Shown: positions 22,559-32,106 of the stretch, one piece after another
Layout: every line of letters starts with the position of its first letter
Position numbering within the stretch: position 1 is the first letter of the stretch
DNA from: Candidatus Nomurabacteria bacterium RIFCSPHIGHO2_01_FULL_37_25
Lineage (GTDB): Bacteria; Patescibacteriota; Minisyncoccia; Phycocordibacterales; UBA9973
Direction of reading: 5' to 3'
Assembly: GCA_001786765.1 (NCBI GenBank)
Contig: MFTH01000016.1
Location: 21,666-85,665 of the forward strand
DNA: 64,000 nucleotides
Position numbers and translations under genes: made by a program
Notes under the pieces: model-generated
What the model saw: the letters and a program-made list of their open reading frames with translations, nothing else
Database searches by the model: none
What the model was told of the DNA's origin: nothing

Positions 22559-23308
22559 TTATTTTTGCAAATGATGCTTTAACGTATAAATCCAGTCTTC
22601 GTGTTCAATAACATCGCTTTTTTCTTTTTCACGCAGAAGCCATTCCAGCCAACCACGGTCTATTTGCAGAACCTCTTCTACTTTCTTTCCTTTATATTTC
22701 CCAAAATTTAATGTTCTTATAAGAAGTGGTTTTGAAGAAATCTCAATCATTCTTTCTATCGCTTTATCTTCGTTTATTTTTTCCTGCTCTATTAATTTCT
22801 TTTTTAACCTTTCAAAAAGTTTTTCCAAAATTAAAACATCTCCAAATGCATCGTGCGCTTGGGCTTCTACATCCAGATCTAGCAAATAGCGTAAATACTG
22901 CAAGTTGTATCTGCCTATTTTTTCTTCTGGGTCTAAATATCTGGCCAGTTTTAATGTGCAAATAAAGTTATTAGGATTTATGTTTTCTTTTTTGATTATG
23001 GTCAAATCAAAAGGCGCATTGTGAGCCACCACAACAGAATCTTTATCTTCAAAAAGTTTTTTGATTTTAGGCTGGTCTTCACTTTTTGAAAAAGGTTTTT
23101 TATTTTCAACCATTTTGTTCGTTATGTGGTGTATGGCCGAAGCTTCCGGAGGTATTTTGATCTCAGGTTTATAAAGACCAACAAATACAGCATCTTCTTT
23201 TTTATCCAAAGAAGAGTAAATCTTGTAAGCAATCTGGACTAAAAAATCCTTTTGTTCATTTCCTGTAGTTTCCGTATCAAAAAATATTAATTTAGACGCT
23301 GTGTTCAT
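22559..23308 (-). CDS. DEDDh 3'-5' exonuclease (DnaQ-like) fused to a C-terminal DUF3820-like domain
   Basis: FFDTETTG (Exo I), VAHNAPFDL (Exo II), HDAFGD (Exo III). C-terminal FGKYKGKKVEEVLQIDRGWLEWLL. Confidence 0.75.
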   Translation of the reverse strand: MNTASKLIFFDTETTGNEQKDFLVQIAYKIYSSLDKKEDAVFVGLYKPEIKIPPEASAIHHITNKMVENKKPFSKSEDQPKIKKLFEDKDSVVVAHNAPFDLTIIKKENINPNNFICTLKLARYLDPEEKIGRYNLQYLRYLLDLDVEAQAHDAFGDVLILEKLFERLKKKLIEQEKINEDKAIERMIEISSKPLLIRTLNFGKYKGKKVEEVLQIDRGWLEWLLREKEKSDVIEHEDWIYTLKHHLQK

Positions 23309-23435
23309 ACTTGGCTATTTTAGCATAATTTTGTTATACTAGACAGGAAAATGTTGTTTTAGAAAGCCTTGCGCAGGAGCTTAGAAAATAAAAGCGGTAC
23401 TCCGATTATTATTTTCTTGAGCGACGAGCAGTTCG

Positions 23436-23453
23436 CTGGCAAAGCTTTGCCAG
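23436..23453. promoter_or_regulatory. 18-bp perfect palindrome CTGGCAAAGCTTTGCCAG in the divergent exonuclease/yqeY promoter region
   Basis: A perfect dyad ~38 nt upstream of the yqeY ATG. Candidate operator. Confidence 0.4.
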
Positions 23454-23490
23454 ACAGATTGCTTTATAAAATAATATTTTCCTGTGTTTT

Positions 23491-23940
23491 ATGCTACACG
23501 AACAAATTAAAAATGGAATAAAAGAAGCGATGATGGCAAAGGATGCTTTGCGTTTGAAAGCTTTTAGAGCAATGTCGGCCGCATTTACAAATGAACTCGT
23601 CGCTAAAGGCAGGAAACCGCAAGATATGCTTACTGACGAGGAGGCGATAGCTGTGATTGCGAAACTTGCAAAGCAACGTAACGATTCTATTGTTCAGTTT
23701 AGAAAGGGTGGCAGAGAGGATTTGGTAAAAGAAGAATCAGCAGAGCTTTCGATTCTAAAAACGTATTTACCAGAAATGATGAATAAAAGTGAGGTTGAAA
23801 AAATAGCTCGCGCTAAAAAAAGCGAATTGGGTATTACAGATGCTACTAAAAAAGGAATGCTTATGTCGGCAGTTATGAAGGATTTAAAAGGCAAAGCGGA
23901 TGGTAATTTAGTGAAAGAAGTCATAGATTCACTCTTTTGA
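23491..23940 (+). CDS. yqeY: GatB/YqeY domain protein
   Basis: 149 aa, colinear with the YqeY family (MLHEQIKNGIKEAMMAKDALRL...). Confidence 0.8.
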   Translation: MLHEQIKNGIKEAMMAKDALRLKAFRAMSAAFTNELVAKGRKPQDMLTDEEAIAVIAKLAKQRNDSIVQFRKGGREDLVKEESAELSILKTYLPEMMNKSEVEKIARAKKSELGITDATKKGMLMSAVMKDLKGKADGNLVKEVIDSLF

Positions 23941-23993
23941 ATTTTTTAAGACGTATATCGTAAATATTTTAAAGTATCTAGTAAAAAATAATT

Positions 23994-24893
23994 ATGAAAA
24001 AATTAAGCAAAAAATTAGTAACGCACGATGGATCTTTTCAATCAGATGATATTTTCGCGGCCGCGACGCTTGCTATTTTTCTTGAAAAAGCTGGAGAGAC
24101 TTTTGAAATAATAAGAACTCGAAATCCTGAAATCATTAATACTGGCGATTATGTTTTTGACGTAGGTGGAATATATGATGAAGCTATAAACAGATTTGAT
24201 CATCATCAAATAGGCGGGGCGGGCAAAGGTTTGGACAATATAGACTATGCCGCTTTTGGTTTAGTTTGGAAAAAATTTGGAAAAATAGTTGCTGGGAGTG
24301 AAAAGGTGGCAGGACTTATAAATAAACGTTTAGTTACCCCAATTGATGCTTGGGATAACGGTTTTGATTTGGTTCTTAATAAATATAATGTAACGCCGTA
24401 TTATGTGCAGCACTTTTTTTTGTCGATGGTGCCGACTTGGAGAGAAGAGAATATAACCAACGATGAAATGTTTCTAAAAAGCGTAGAGATTGCAAAAGAG
24501 ATTTTGTTACGGGAAATAATTCATGCGCAGGACTTGCTTTTAGCAGATGAAAAAGTTCTTTCTATATATAACAATACTAAAGACAAACGAATAATTATTT
24601 TAGATAAAAATTATCCTTATGAATATACTCTAACTAATTTCTCTGAACCCCTTTTTGTAATCTATCCCAGAATTAATGACAATTTGTGGGGAGTGAAAGC
24701 CGTTAGGAAAAATCCAAAATCTTTTAGTAATAGAAAAGACTTCCCAAAATCGTGGGCCGGATTGCGAGACGATGAATTGCAAAAAACCAGCGGAGTGTCG
24801 GATGCTGTATTTTGTCACCGAGGATTATTTATGGCTGTAGCCAAATCAAAAGAAGGAGCTATGAAATTAGCTCAAATTGCTGTAAAATCATAG
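23994..24893 (+). CDS. MYG1/UPF0160 family metal-dependent hydrolase
   Basis: THDGSFQSDDIFAAA and FDHH motifs characteristic of MYG1. Confidence 0.75.
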   Translation: MKKLSKKLVTHDGSFQSDDIFAAATLAIFLEKAGETFEIIRTRNPEIINTGDYVFDVGGIYDEAINRFDHHQIGGAGKGLDNIDYAAFGLVWKKFGKIVAGSEKVAGLINKRLVTPIDAWDNGFDLVLNKYNVTPYYVQHFFLSMVPTWREENITNDEMFLKSVEIAKEILLREIIHAQDLLLADEKVLSIYNNTKDKRIIILDKNYPYEYTLTNFSEPLFVIYPRINDNLWGVKAVRKNPKSFSNRKDFPKSWAGLRDDELQKTSGVSDAVFCHRGLFMAVAKSKEGAMKLAQIAVKS

Positions 24894-24981
24894 ACTATGA
24901 GAATGAAAAATTTAAGCGTCGTGGGTTCCCTGTCCTTATGACCTCGAGGGCGAAGGCGCAAGAATTTTTTATTCTCATAGT
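24894..24981. repeat. family-2 hairpin element, intergenic copy (between the MYG1 gene and obg)
   Basis: ACTATGAGAAT-gaaAAATTTAAGCGTCGTGGGTTCCCTGTCCTTATGACCTCGAGGGCGAAGGCGCAAGAATTTTtt-ATTCTCATAGT. The 11-bp flanking inverted repeat differs from the rsmH copy. Confidence 0.85.
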
Positions 24982-24995
24982 CTGTACTATATATC

Positions 24996-25988
24996 ATGGC
25001 ATTCATCGATGAAATAAAAATATATGCGGAAGCCGGCCGAGGCGGGAACGGTGTCGTGCGTTGGCATAGACAGAAGTTTGAACCGAAGGGTGGTCCTGCG
25101 GGTGGAAATGCTGGCCGAGGCGGGGATTTTTATATAAAAGCTGTCCGTGATGCGCACATACTTTCCAAATATAAAGCAAAAAAAATTTTCATTGCCGATA
25201 AGGGGGAAGATGGCGGAAGCAAAAGTTTGCATGGTAAAAACGGAGAAGATTTTATTTTGGAATTGCCGATAGGTTCTGTAATTACGAATATTGAAACTGA
25301 TGAAAAATGGCAATTGATGAAAGAAGGGGAGAAGATTTTACTTTTAAAAGGGGGATATGGCGGTTTTGGAAATGAACATTTCAAAAGCTCATTAAATACG
25401 ACACCCAAAGAGTCCAGAGAGGGAGGGGTCGGGGAAAATGGAAATTTCAAAATAGAGTTAGAACTTTTTGCCGATATTGGATTTATTGGACTTCCAAATG
25501 CGGGAAAATCTTCTTTGCTTAATGCGCTTACAAACGCAGAAGCGAAAGTCGGAAATTATGCTTTCACGACACTCGATCCAAATTTGGGAGACTTTTTTGG
25601 TTTTATCATTGCTGATATTCCGGGAATCATTGAAGGAGCATCTTCCGGCAAAGGTCTCGGTATAAAATTCTTGCGTCATATCAAACGAACCAAAATGCTT
25701 GCGCATTTAGTATCTTTTGAAAATCCTAATATGTTGAAAAGTTATAAAGAGGTTCGTAAAGAATTGGCAAAATATGATACAAATTTAGATTTGGGCGGGG
25801 ATGGTCTGTCTCTAAAAGAAGAAATAATTATTTTAACAAAAACTGACATAGTAGATGATCCGAAAATTATCGCAAAAAAAGTTTCCGACTTTAAAAAGAT
25901 TAGTAAAAATGTTTTTGCCTTGTCTTTATTTGATGACAAAACGGTAAAGAAGTTTCAAGATTCATTGGTCAAGATTTTAAAAAAGTAG
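24996..25988 (+). CDS. obg: GTPase Obg/CgtA
   Basis: MAFIDEIKIYAEAGRGGNGVVRWHRQKF (Obg fold). G-domain GLPNAGKSSLL, DIPG. Confidence 0.9.
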   Translation: MAFIDEIKIYAEAGRGGNGVVRWHRQKFEPKGGPAGGNAGRGGDFYIKAVRDAHILSKYKAKKIFIADKGEDGGSKSLHGKNGEDFILELPIGSVITNIETDEKWQLMKEGEKILLLKGGYGGFGNEHFKSSLNTTPKESREGGVGENGNFKIELELFADIGFIGLPNAGKSSLLNALTNAEAKVGNYAFTTLDPNLGDFFGFIIADIPGIIEGASSGKGLGIKFLRHIKRTKMLAHLVSFENPNMLKSYKEVRKELAKYDTNLDLGGDGLSLKEEIIILTKTDIVDDPKIIAKKVSDFKKISKNVFALSLFDDKTVKKFQDSLVKILKK

Positions 25989-26095
25989 CTAGGAATTGTT
26001 TATATTAGAATACGGGCGTGACACCTTGACATTTTGAAAGAAATGTTTTAAAAGGATATGAGAGTTCAAAGTTTAGGCACTTAAGGAGGTGCAAT

Positions 26096-26425
26096 GTGGA
26101 TCTTTTAAAACCAGCGTGGAGGTGGATAATCCGCAGGAAGCACGGTAGGGGGGTTACTTTTCTCAACCGTGAAAAGCCTTTATGGCCTAACAGCATCGAT
26201 CCAATTATATTAGACATGAATGATCGGGATCATTGTGTCTTAGCCCAAGTGTATGGAGAGGGGTATAGTGAGGCTTGCCGAAGCCTCAATATAAGCGGGT
26301 CCAATTATGGTTTCGATCTCCCCCAGATGCCAATAAGGCACCGAGGTGCCTACTTTGCGTATTTAAAAAGTCTCTGGCTCGAGGAGCGCGAGAGGCAGCT
26401 CGCAGAAATGAGTGAAGACGTATAG
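26096..26425 (+). CDS. hypothetical protein in a GC-rich islet; GTG start with canonical SD
   Basis: AAGGAGGTG, then 4 nt, then the GTG at 26096. Candidate promoter TTGACA(26026)-17-TAAAAG. Followed by a rho-independent terminator. No recognisable domain. Confidence 0.45.
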   Translation: MDLLKPAWRWIIRRKHGRGVTFLNREKPLWPNSIDPIILDMNDRDHCVLAQVYGEGYSEACRSLNISGSNYGFDLPQMPIRHRGAYFAYLKSLWLEERERQLAEMSEDV

Positions 26426-26450
26426 CCTCACTTCACTCAACAAAGACAAG

Positions 26451-26485
26451 GCCTCGCATCGGTAACGGTGCGAGGCTAAATTTTT
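26451..26485 (+). terminator. rho-independent terminator
   Basis: GCCTCGCA-tcggtaacgg-TGCGAGGC followed by TAAATTTTT. Confidence 0.7.
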
Positions 26486-26555
26486 GGCTAGTTTTTTGTA
26501 ATTGCATATGACGAATAATTTATTAATTTTCTAAAACGTGTTATTATTTTAGTTT

Positions 26556-27986
26556 ATGGAGAACAAGTATTATCCGACGATTGGTCTTGAAATACACGCA
26601 GAACTAAAGACGAACACGAAAATGTTTTGTGGGTGTAAGAATGACCCTGATGAGGAATTGCCTAATATAAATATCTGTCCAGTGTGTATGGCGCATCCGG
26701 GCGCATTGCCTGTTTTGAACAAAAAAGCGATTGAGAGTGTGATAAAAGTCGGACTCGCGGTTGGAGGAAAGATAGCCGACTTTACAGAATTTGACCGAAA
26801 AAATTATTTTTATCCGGATATTCCGAAAGGTTATCAGATTTCACAATATAAATTTCCTATAGTTTCTGGCGGGCATCTCGCAGATATGGACATTACTCGT
26901 GTGCATTTAGAAGAAGATACTGCAAACAACAAACATGACCGTGGAGATTTTTCTTTGATAGATTTTAATCGCGCAGGTGTGCCACTCATGGAGCTTGTTA
27001 CTGAACCGCACACTTTTACAAATGCGGAAGAGACAGCGAAAAAAGCGTCTAAATTTGCAAAGGAGCTTCAATTAATACTTTGGTATTTGGGAGTGTCCGA
27101 AGCGAATATGGAGAAAGGCGAAATGCGAGTAGAAGCGAATATCTCTATTTCCACAGACCAGAAGATTTTAGGCACGAAAGTTGAAGTGAAAAACCTCAAC
27201 TCTTTTAGAAGTGTGGAACGAGCTATAAAATATGAGGTTGATAGGATGACAGAGTTATTAGAGAGTGGCAAAGGAAGTGAAATAATACAAGAAACTCGTG
27301 GTTGGGATGAAAGCAAGCAAAGAACTTTCTCTCAGAGAATAAAAGAAGGGAGCGCTGATTACAGATATTTTCCGGATCCCGATTTACCAAAATTAAAATT
27401 ACATAAAGCATTTGATCTAGAAAAGATGAAAAAAGATTTGCCCGAACTGCCGGAAATGAAGCGCGCAAGATATAGAAAAGATTTTGGGATAAAAGATGAG
27501 GATATAGAAGTATATATCAATGACCCAGAGCTTGGCGCTAGGTTTTCTGCTATCGCTGAAATTCTAACAAATAAAGAAAAAATAAAAATAGCTTCAAATT
27601 ATATTACTTCAGATTTTATTGGTCTTCGTAAGGCTAATATGAATGTCCGATGTCCGAGCGCAGAGAATTTTTCAGAATTAATAAATTTATTTGCTGATGG
27701 AAAAATTTCTTCTCGTGTTGCCAAAGATATCCTTGCTATGATTGTGATGAATAATGAGTCACCACTTGGGATTGCGACGGAGAAAAATTTGCTTCAAATA
27801 AGTGACATAAAAATTTTAAAACCAATAGCTCAAAAAATATTAGATAGCAATCTAAAAATTGTTGTTGATTATAAAGCAGGTCATCAAAGCTCTATTTTGT
27901 CTTTAGTTGGAGAGGTGATGAAAGAAACAAAAGGTAGCGCTAATCCAGAAATTACAAAACAAATTTTAGAGGACATGCTAAAATAG
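26556..27986 (+). CDS. gatB: Asp/Glu-tRNA(Asn/Gln) amidotransferase subunit B
   Basis: MENKYYPTIGLEIHAELKTNTKMFCGC... 476 aa. C-terminal YqeY-like domain. Confidence 0.9.
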   Translation: MENKYYPTIGLEIHAELKTNTKMFCGCKNDPDEELPNINICPVCMAHPGALPVLNKKAIESVIKVGLAVGGKIADFTEFDRKNYFYPDIPKGYQISQYKFPIVSGGHLADMDITRVHLEEDTANNKHDRGDFSLIDFNRAGVPLMELVTEPHTFTNAEETAKKASKFAKELQLILWYLGVSEANMEKGEMRVEANISISTDQKILGTKVEVKNLNSFRSVERAIKYEVDRMTELLESGKGSEIIQETRGWDESKQRTFSQRIKEGSADYRYFPDPDLPKLKLHKAFDLEKMKKDLPELPEMKRARYRKDFGIKDEDIEVYINDPELGARFSAIAEILTNKEKIKIASNYITSDFIGLRKANMNVRCPSAENFSELINLFADGKISSRVAKDILAMIVMNNESPLGIATEKNLLQISDIKILKPIAQKILDSNLKIVVDYKAGHQSSILSLVGEVMKETKGSANPEITKQILEDMLK

Positions 27987-27990
27987 GAGA

Positions 27991-28857
27991 ATGAAAACTT
28001 TAAGAGAATACATAAAAGAAGCAGAAAAAAAGAGTGTAGCGATTGGGCATTTTAATATTTCAAATCTAGAAGGGCTCCATGCTATTTATAATGCCGCTAG
28101 AAAATTAAATTTACCTGTAATTATCGGAGTTTCGGAAGGCGAAGAAAATTTTATTGGCAGAGAAGAAGTAGTAGCTCTAATCAGAACAATTCGAGAGCGA
28201 GATAACTATCCAATTTTTTTAAATGCCGACCATCATAAAAGTTTTGAAACAGTTGTGGCATGTATTGATGCGGGGTTTGACTCAGTCATAATAGACGGAA
28301 CAAAATTAAATTTTGAAGAAAATGTAAAAGTTACCAAACAGTGTGTGGATTATGCTCGCAATGTTACTAAAGAAACTGGGCGAGATATTTTAGTTGAAGC
28401 AGAACTCGGCTATATAGGTGAAGGTTCTAATATTAAAGATAAAGTGCCAGAGGGCGCAGGAATTTTAACAAAACCAGAAGAAGCAGAAAAATTTATAAAA
28501 ATGACAGGTATAGATTTACTTGCTCCATCTGTCGGAAGCATTCACGGCTTAATAAAAAGTGGCAAGCCACATATTAATGCAGAATTAGTAACTCAAATTA
28601 GAAAAATTACTGGAGTGCCGTTAGTTCTCCACGGCGGTTCAGGATTACGTGACATAGATTTCACGAATGCTATCAAAGCTGGGATTTCAATTGTTCATAT
28701 CAATACTGAAATTCGTGTAGCTTATACGGAAGGTCTTAATAAATCTTTAGTTGATTCTCCAGATGAAGTCGTCCCTTATAAAGTCTCTAAACCAGCGCAA
28801 GATATGATAGAGGCGGTAGTATTTGAACGATTAAAACTTTTCAATGGAATAAAATAA
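27991..28857 (+). CDS. fba: class II fructose/tagatose-bisphosphate aldolase
   Basis: FNISNLEG, NADHHKSFE, VLHGGSG zinc/phosphate-binding motifs. Confidence 0.85.
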   Translation: MKTLREYIKEAEKKSVAIGHFNISNLEGLHAIYNAARKLNLPVIIGVSEGEENFIGREEVVALIRTIRERDNYPIFLNADHHKSFETVVACIDAGFDSVIIDGTKLNFEENVKVTKQCVDYARNVTKETGRDILVEAELGYIGEGSNIKDKVPEGAGILTKPEEAEKFIKMTGIDLLAPSVGSIHGLIKSGKPHINAELVTQIRKITGVPLVLHGGSGLRDIDFTNAIKAGISIVHINTEIRVAYTEGLNKSLVDSPDEVVPYKVSKPAQDMIEAVVFERLKLFNGIK

Positions 28858-28871
28858 GTAATATTTAATAA

Positions 28872-30581
28872 ATGTTAGGAAAAATGAAAGATGAAATTAA
28901 AAAATTTTTTAAAGGAGATGTGGAAGATGGAGAAGAAACACTTTCAAAATATTCACGGGATGCGAGTATTTTTAAAGTGAAACCCAAGCTCGTTCTTTTC
29001 CCAAAAGATTCGGAAGATGTAAAAAAATTAGTGAAATGGGTTTCTGAAAATAAAGATAAGTACGCAGATATTGAAAGAAATAAAGACTGGAAAAATCTTT
29101 CCATTACTTCTAGATGCGCGGGGACAGATATGTCTGGAGGCGCCATAGGAGAATCTTTAATTTTAGATTTTACAAAATATATGAATAAGTTAATAAGATG
29201 GAGTCAGGATGTGAAGAATTCTTCACATCCTGACTCCATTACTGTGCAGCCTGGTATGTTTTATAGAGATTTTGAAAAATTAACTTTAGAAAAAGGACTT
29301 ATTTTACCTTGTTACACAGCCTCCAAAAGTATAAATGCGATGGGGGGAATGTTTGGTAACAATTCTGCCGGCGAGAGAACGCTGAAATATGGTAAAACTG
29401 AAGATTATATTTTAGAAACTAAAATAGTTTTTTCTGATGGGATTGAAAGAATTGTAAAACCTATTTCTTTGAACGACATTTCTAAGCAAGGAGAAATTTA
29501 TAAAAATATTTATAATTTAATTAAAAATAATAAAGAGGAGATAGAATTCGCGAAACCCAAAGTGCACAAAAACTCGGCTGGTTATTATATATGGAATGTT
29601 ATTCAAAAGAATGTTTTTGATATGAATAAATTGCTTGTTGGTTCGCAGGGAACTTTAGGTATTGCCACAGAGATAACTTTTAAACTGGTACCGGAAAATA
29701 AACATTCAAAACTAGTTGCTATTTTTATGAAAAATCTAGAACCGCTTGGTCGTTTAGTAGATGAAATTTTAACGCTTAACCCTGAAACACTTGAAGCCTA
29801 TGATGACAAAACGATGAAATTAGCCGTCAGATTTTTCCCGGATTTTTTAAAAAATAAAGGATTTTTTGGGATGATTAAATTTATATGGAGTTTTTTACCA
29901 GAATTTTTCTTGATGGCCACAGGAGGTTTTCCTAAATTAATTCTTCTGGCTGAATTTGCAGGCGGAGATGAAGTGGAGATAAATAAACAATGTATAAAAC
30001 TTAGAGAGAAAATCAAAAATTTTAAATTAAAAATTCACATTACTAAATCTGAAATGGAAGCAAATAAATATTGGGATATTAGAAGAGAGAGTTTTGCATT
30101 ACTTCGAAAGCACATAAAAGGCAAGAGCACTGCTCCATTTATAGATGATATTATTGTCCGTCCAGAATTTCTGCCAAAATTTCTTCCAGAACTTAATGTT
30201 ATTTTAAATAAATATGATCTAACTTACACAATCGCTGGACATGCGGGAGAAGGGAATTTTCATGTTATTCCATTGATGGATTTTAAACGTTCTGATACGG
30301 CAAAAATAATAATGGAACTTTCGGAGAAAGTATATAACTTAGTGATAAAATATCATGGTTCGATTACGGCTGAACACAATGATGGCATAATTCGCACTCC
30401 ATATTTAGAAAAGATGTACGGGCAAAAGATGATTAAAATCTTCAGTGAGATTAAGGAAATTTTTGATTCTAAAAATATTTTTAATCCTGGGAAAAAAGTC
30501 GCAATAGCTTCTGTGGGTGGTACTAAGGAATATATGGTGACCCATATTGCAGTAGAACATGATGTAAATCATAAAGTTTAA
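28872..30581 (+). CDS. FAD-linked oxidase (GlcD/D-lactate dehydrogenase-like)
   Basis: FAD-binding PCMH domain (RCAGTDMSGGAIG). C-terminal FAD-oxidase domain. 569 aa. Confidence 0.7.
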   Translation: MLGKMKDEIKKFFKGDVEDGEETLSKYSRDASIFKVKPKLVLFPKDSEDVKKLVKWVSENKDKYADIERNKDWKNLSITSRCAGTDMSGGAIGESLILDFTKYMNKLIRWSQDVKNSSHPDSITVQPGMFYRDFEKLTLEKGLILPCYTASKSINAMGGMFGNNSAGERTLKYGKTEDYILETKIVFSDGIERIVKPISLNDISKQGEIYKNIYNLIKNNKEEIEFAKPKVHKNSAGYYIWNVIQKNVFDMNKLLVGSQGTLGIATEITFKLVPENKHSKLVAIFMKNLEPLGRLVDEILTLNPETLEAYDDKTMKLAVRFFPDFLKNKGFFGMIKFIWSFLPEFFLMATGGFPKLILLAEFAGGDEVEINKQCIKLREKIKNFKLKIHITKSEMEANKYWDIRRESFALLRKHIKGKSTAPFIDDIIVRPEFLPKFLPELNVILNKYDLTYTIAGHAGEGNFHVIPLMDFKRSDTAKIIMELSEKVYNLVIKYHGSITAEHNDGIIRTPYLEKMYGQKMIKIFSEIKEIFDSKNIFNPGKKVAIASVGGTKEYMVTHIAVEHDVNHKV

Positions 30582-30641
30582 ATTTATTAATTAATCTCGC
30601 GCGTATATTGCATTTTATATAATTTATGTTAAACTTTTGCT

Positions 30642-30962
30642 ATGTTAAAAATAAGACTGCAGAGAATAGGTAGAAAGAATGATCCGGCGTTTCGAGTAGT
30701 TTTGACTGATTCAAAGAATAGCGCAAAAAGTGGAAGATTTTTAGAATTGCTCGGTACTTATAACCCAAAGGTATTAGACAAAAAACAAAGAACAAGTTTT
30801 GCTAGTGATAGGATAAAATATTGGATTTCAAAAGGAGCGAAACTATCGGATACGATGCATAATTTCCTAGTGCGCGACAAAGTTATTGAAGGCAAAAAGG
30901 TGAATGTTTTGCCGAAAAAGAAATCAACAATAAAAAGAAAAGAATTGAAGGCAAATAAATAA
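30642..30962 (+). CDS. rpsP: ribosomal protein bS16
   Basis: MLKIRLQRIGRKNDPAFRVVLTDS. Confidence 0.9.
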   Translation: MLKIRLQRIGRKNDPAFRVVLTDSKNSAKSGRFLELLGTYNPKVLDKKQRTSFASDRIKYWISKGAKLSDTMHNFLVRDKVIEGKKVNVLPKKKSTIKRKELKANK

Positions 30963-31055
30963 CTTGCCTCGCTATGGCGGGATGAAGTATAATGTCGTGA
31001 TAAGCAGTTGTGTCGGAATACTGCATGATTATAAGATAATAGTTATTAAAATAAT

Positions 31056-31403
31056 ATGGAAGATGCTGATAAGGTGTTTCTAGAATATGTAGTGAAAGCT
31101 CTTGTTGATAATCCGAACGATGTGAAGATTGATAGGACTGTTGACGAGATGGGTGTGCTTATTTCTCTTACTGTAAATCATGCCGATATGGGTAAGATTA
31201 TCGGAAGAATGGGAAATACCGCAAAAGCTATTCGTACTCTTCTGCGAATCATTGGTATGAAGAATAATGCTCGTGTGAATTTAAAAATCAACGAACCAGA
31301 AGGAAGTGTAAGACCAGAGCGACCTATGGGCGCAAGTAGCGCTAGCGCTCCGAGCTCGTATAAGACAGTAGATCAGGTAATAGAAGATTTAAAGGGAATA
31401 TAA
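31056..31403 (+). CDS. KH-domain RNA-binding protein (KhpA/YlqC-like)
   Basis: VKALVDNPNDVKI...GKIIGRMGNTAKAIRTLL (GxxG KH loop). Confidence 0.75.
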   Translation: MEDADKVFLEYVVKALVDNPNDVKIDRTVDEMGVLISLTVNHADMGKIIGRMGNTAKAIRTLLRIIGMKNNARVNLKINEPEGSVRPERPMGASSASAPSSYKTVDQVIEDLKGI

Positions 31404-31414
31404 AATACAATTTA

Positions 31415-31440
31415 AGTCCCCCGAAAGGGGGACTTTTTGT
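31415..31440 (+). terminator. rho-independent terminator
   Basis: AGTCCCCC-gaaa-GGGGGACT followed by TTTTTGTTTG. Confidence 0.8.
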
Positions 31441-31463
31441 TTGTTGTATGTTATATATAACAT

Positions 31464-32105
31464 ATGCGTTTTCATATAATTACAATTTTCCCAGAGACTT
31501 TTAATTCTTATTTGCGAGAGTCTATTTTAGGACGGGCGATAAAGAATAAAATTATTTCAATAAAATTTTACAATCCCATGAATTTTTGTAAGCCTAAAAA
31601 GAGGGTTGATGACAGGCCGTATGGCGGAGGACCAGGGATGGTTTTACGTCCAGAATTATTTTTAAAGGCATTTTCAAAAATAAAAATAAAAAATAAAAAG
31701 AAAACAAAATTAATTTTTTTCTCTACTAGTGGCAAAAAATTCACAACAGAATATGCTAAACAATCTGCGAAAAAATATACCGATATTGTTATGATTTCTG
31801 GCCGATATGAAGGCATAGACGCAAGGGTGCAAAAAATTCTGAAAGCGGAAGAGATTTCAATAGGGGATTATGTATTGACTGGCGGAGAGCTTTCAGCGAT
31901 GGTTTTAATAGATTCTATTTCTCGGCAGATTCCCGGTGTTTTAGGCAAATACGAATCATTGGAAGAAGAAAGAGTCTCTACAAGTGTTGTTTATACTCGT
32001 CCAGAGATTTTGGAACACAAAGGCAAGAAATATAAAGTCCCAAAAGTTCTGCTTTCTGGGAATCACAAACTTATAGAAAATTGGAAAAATAAAATGAAAA
32101 AGTAA
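31464..32105 (+). CDS. trmD: tRNA (guanine37-N1)-methyltransferase
   Basis: MRFHIITIFPETF, SPOUT knot motifs ISIGDYVLTGGELSAMVLIDSISR. Confidence 0.9.
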   Translation: MRFHIITIFPETFNSYLRESILGRAIKNKIISIKFYNPMNFCKPKKRVDDRPYGGGPGMVLRPELFLKAFSKIKIKNKKKTKLIFFSTSGKKFTTEYAKQSAKKYTDIVMISGRYEGIDARVQKILKAEEISIGDYVLTGGELSAMVLIDSISRQIPGVLGKYESLEEERVSTSVVYTRPEILEHKGKKYKVPKVLLSGNHKLIENWKNKMKK

Positions 32106-32106
32106 T

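Noticed and set aside
26094-26096. ATG at 26094 as start of the SD-preceded gene
   Set aside because: It is out of frame with the 109-aa ORF (it gives MWIF-stop). The in-frame GTG at 26096 with a 4-nt spacer after AAGGAGGTG is used instead.
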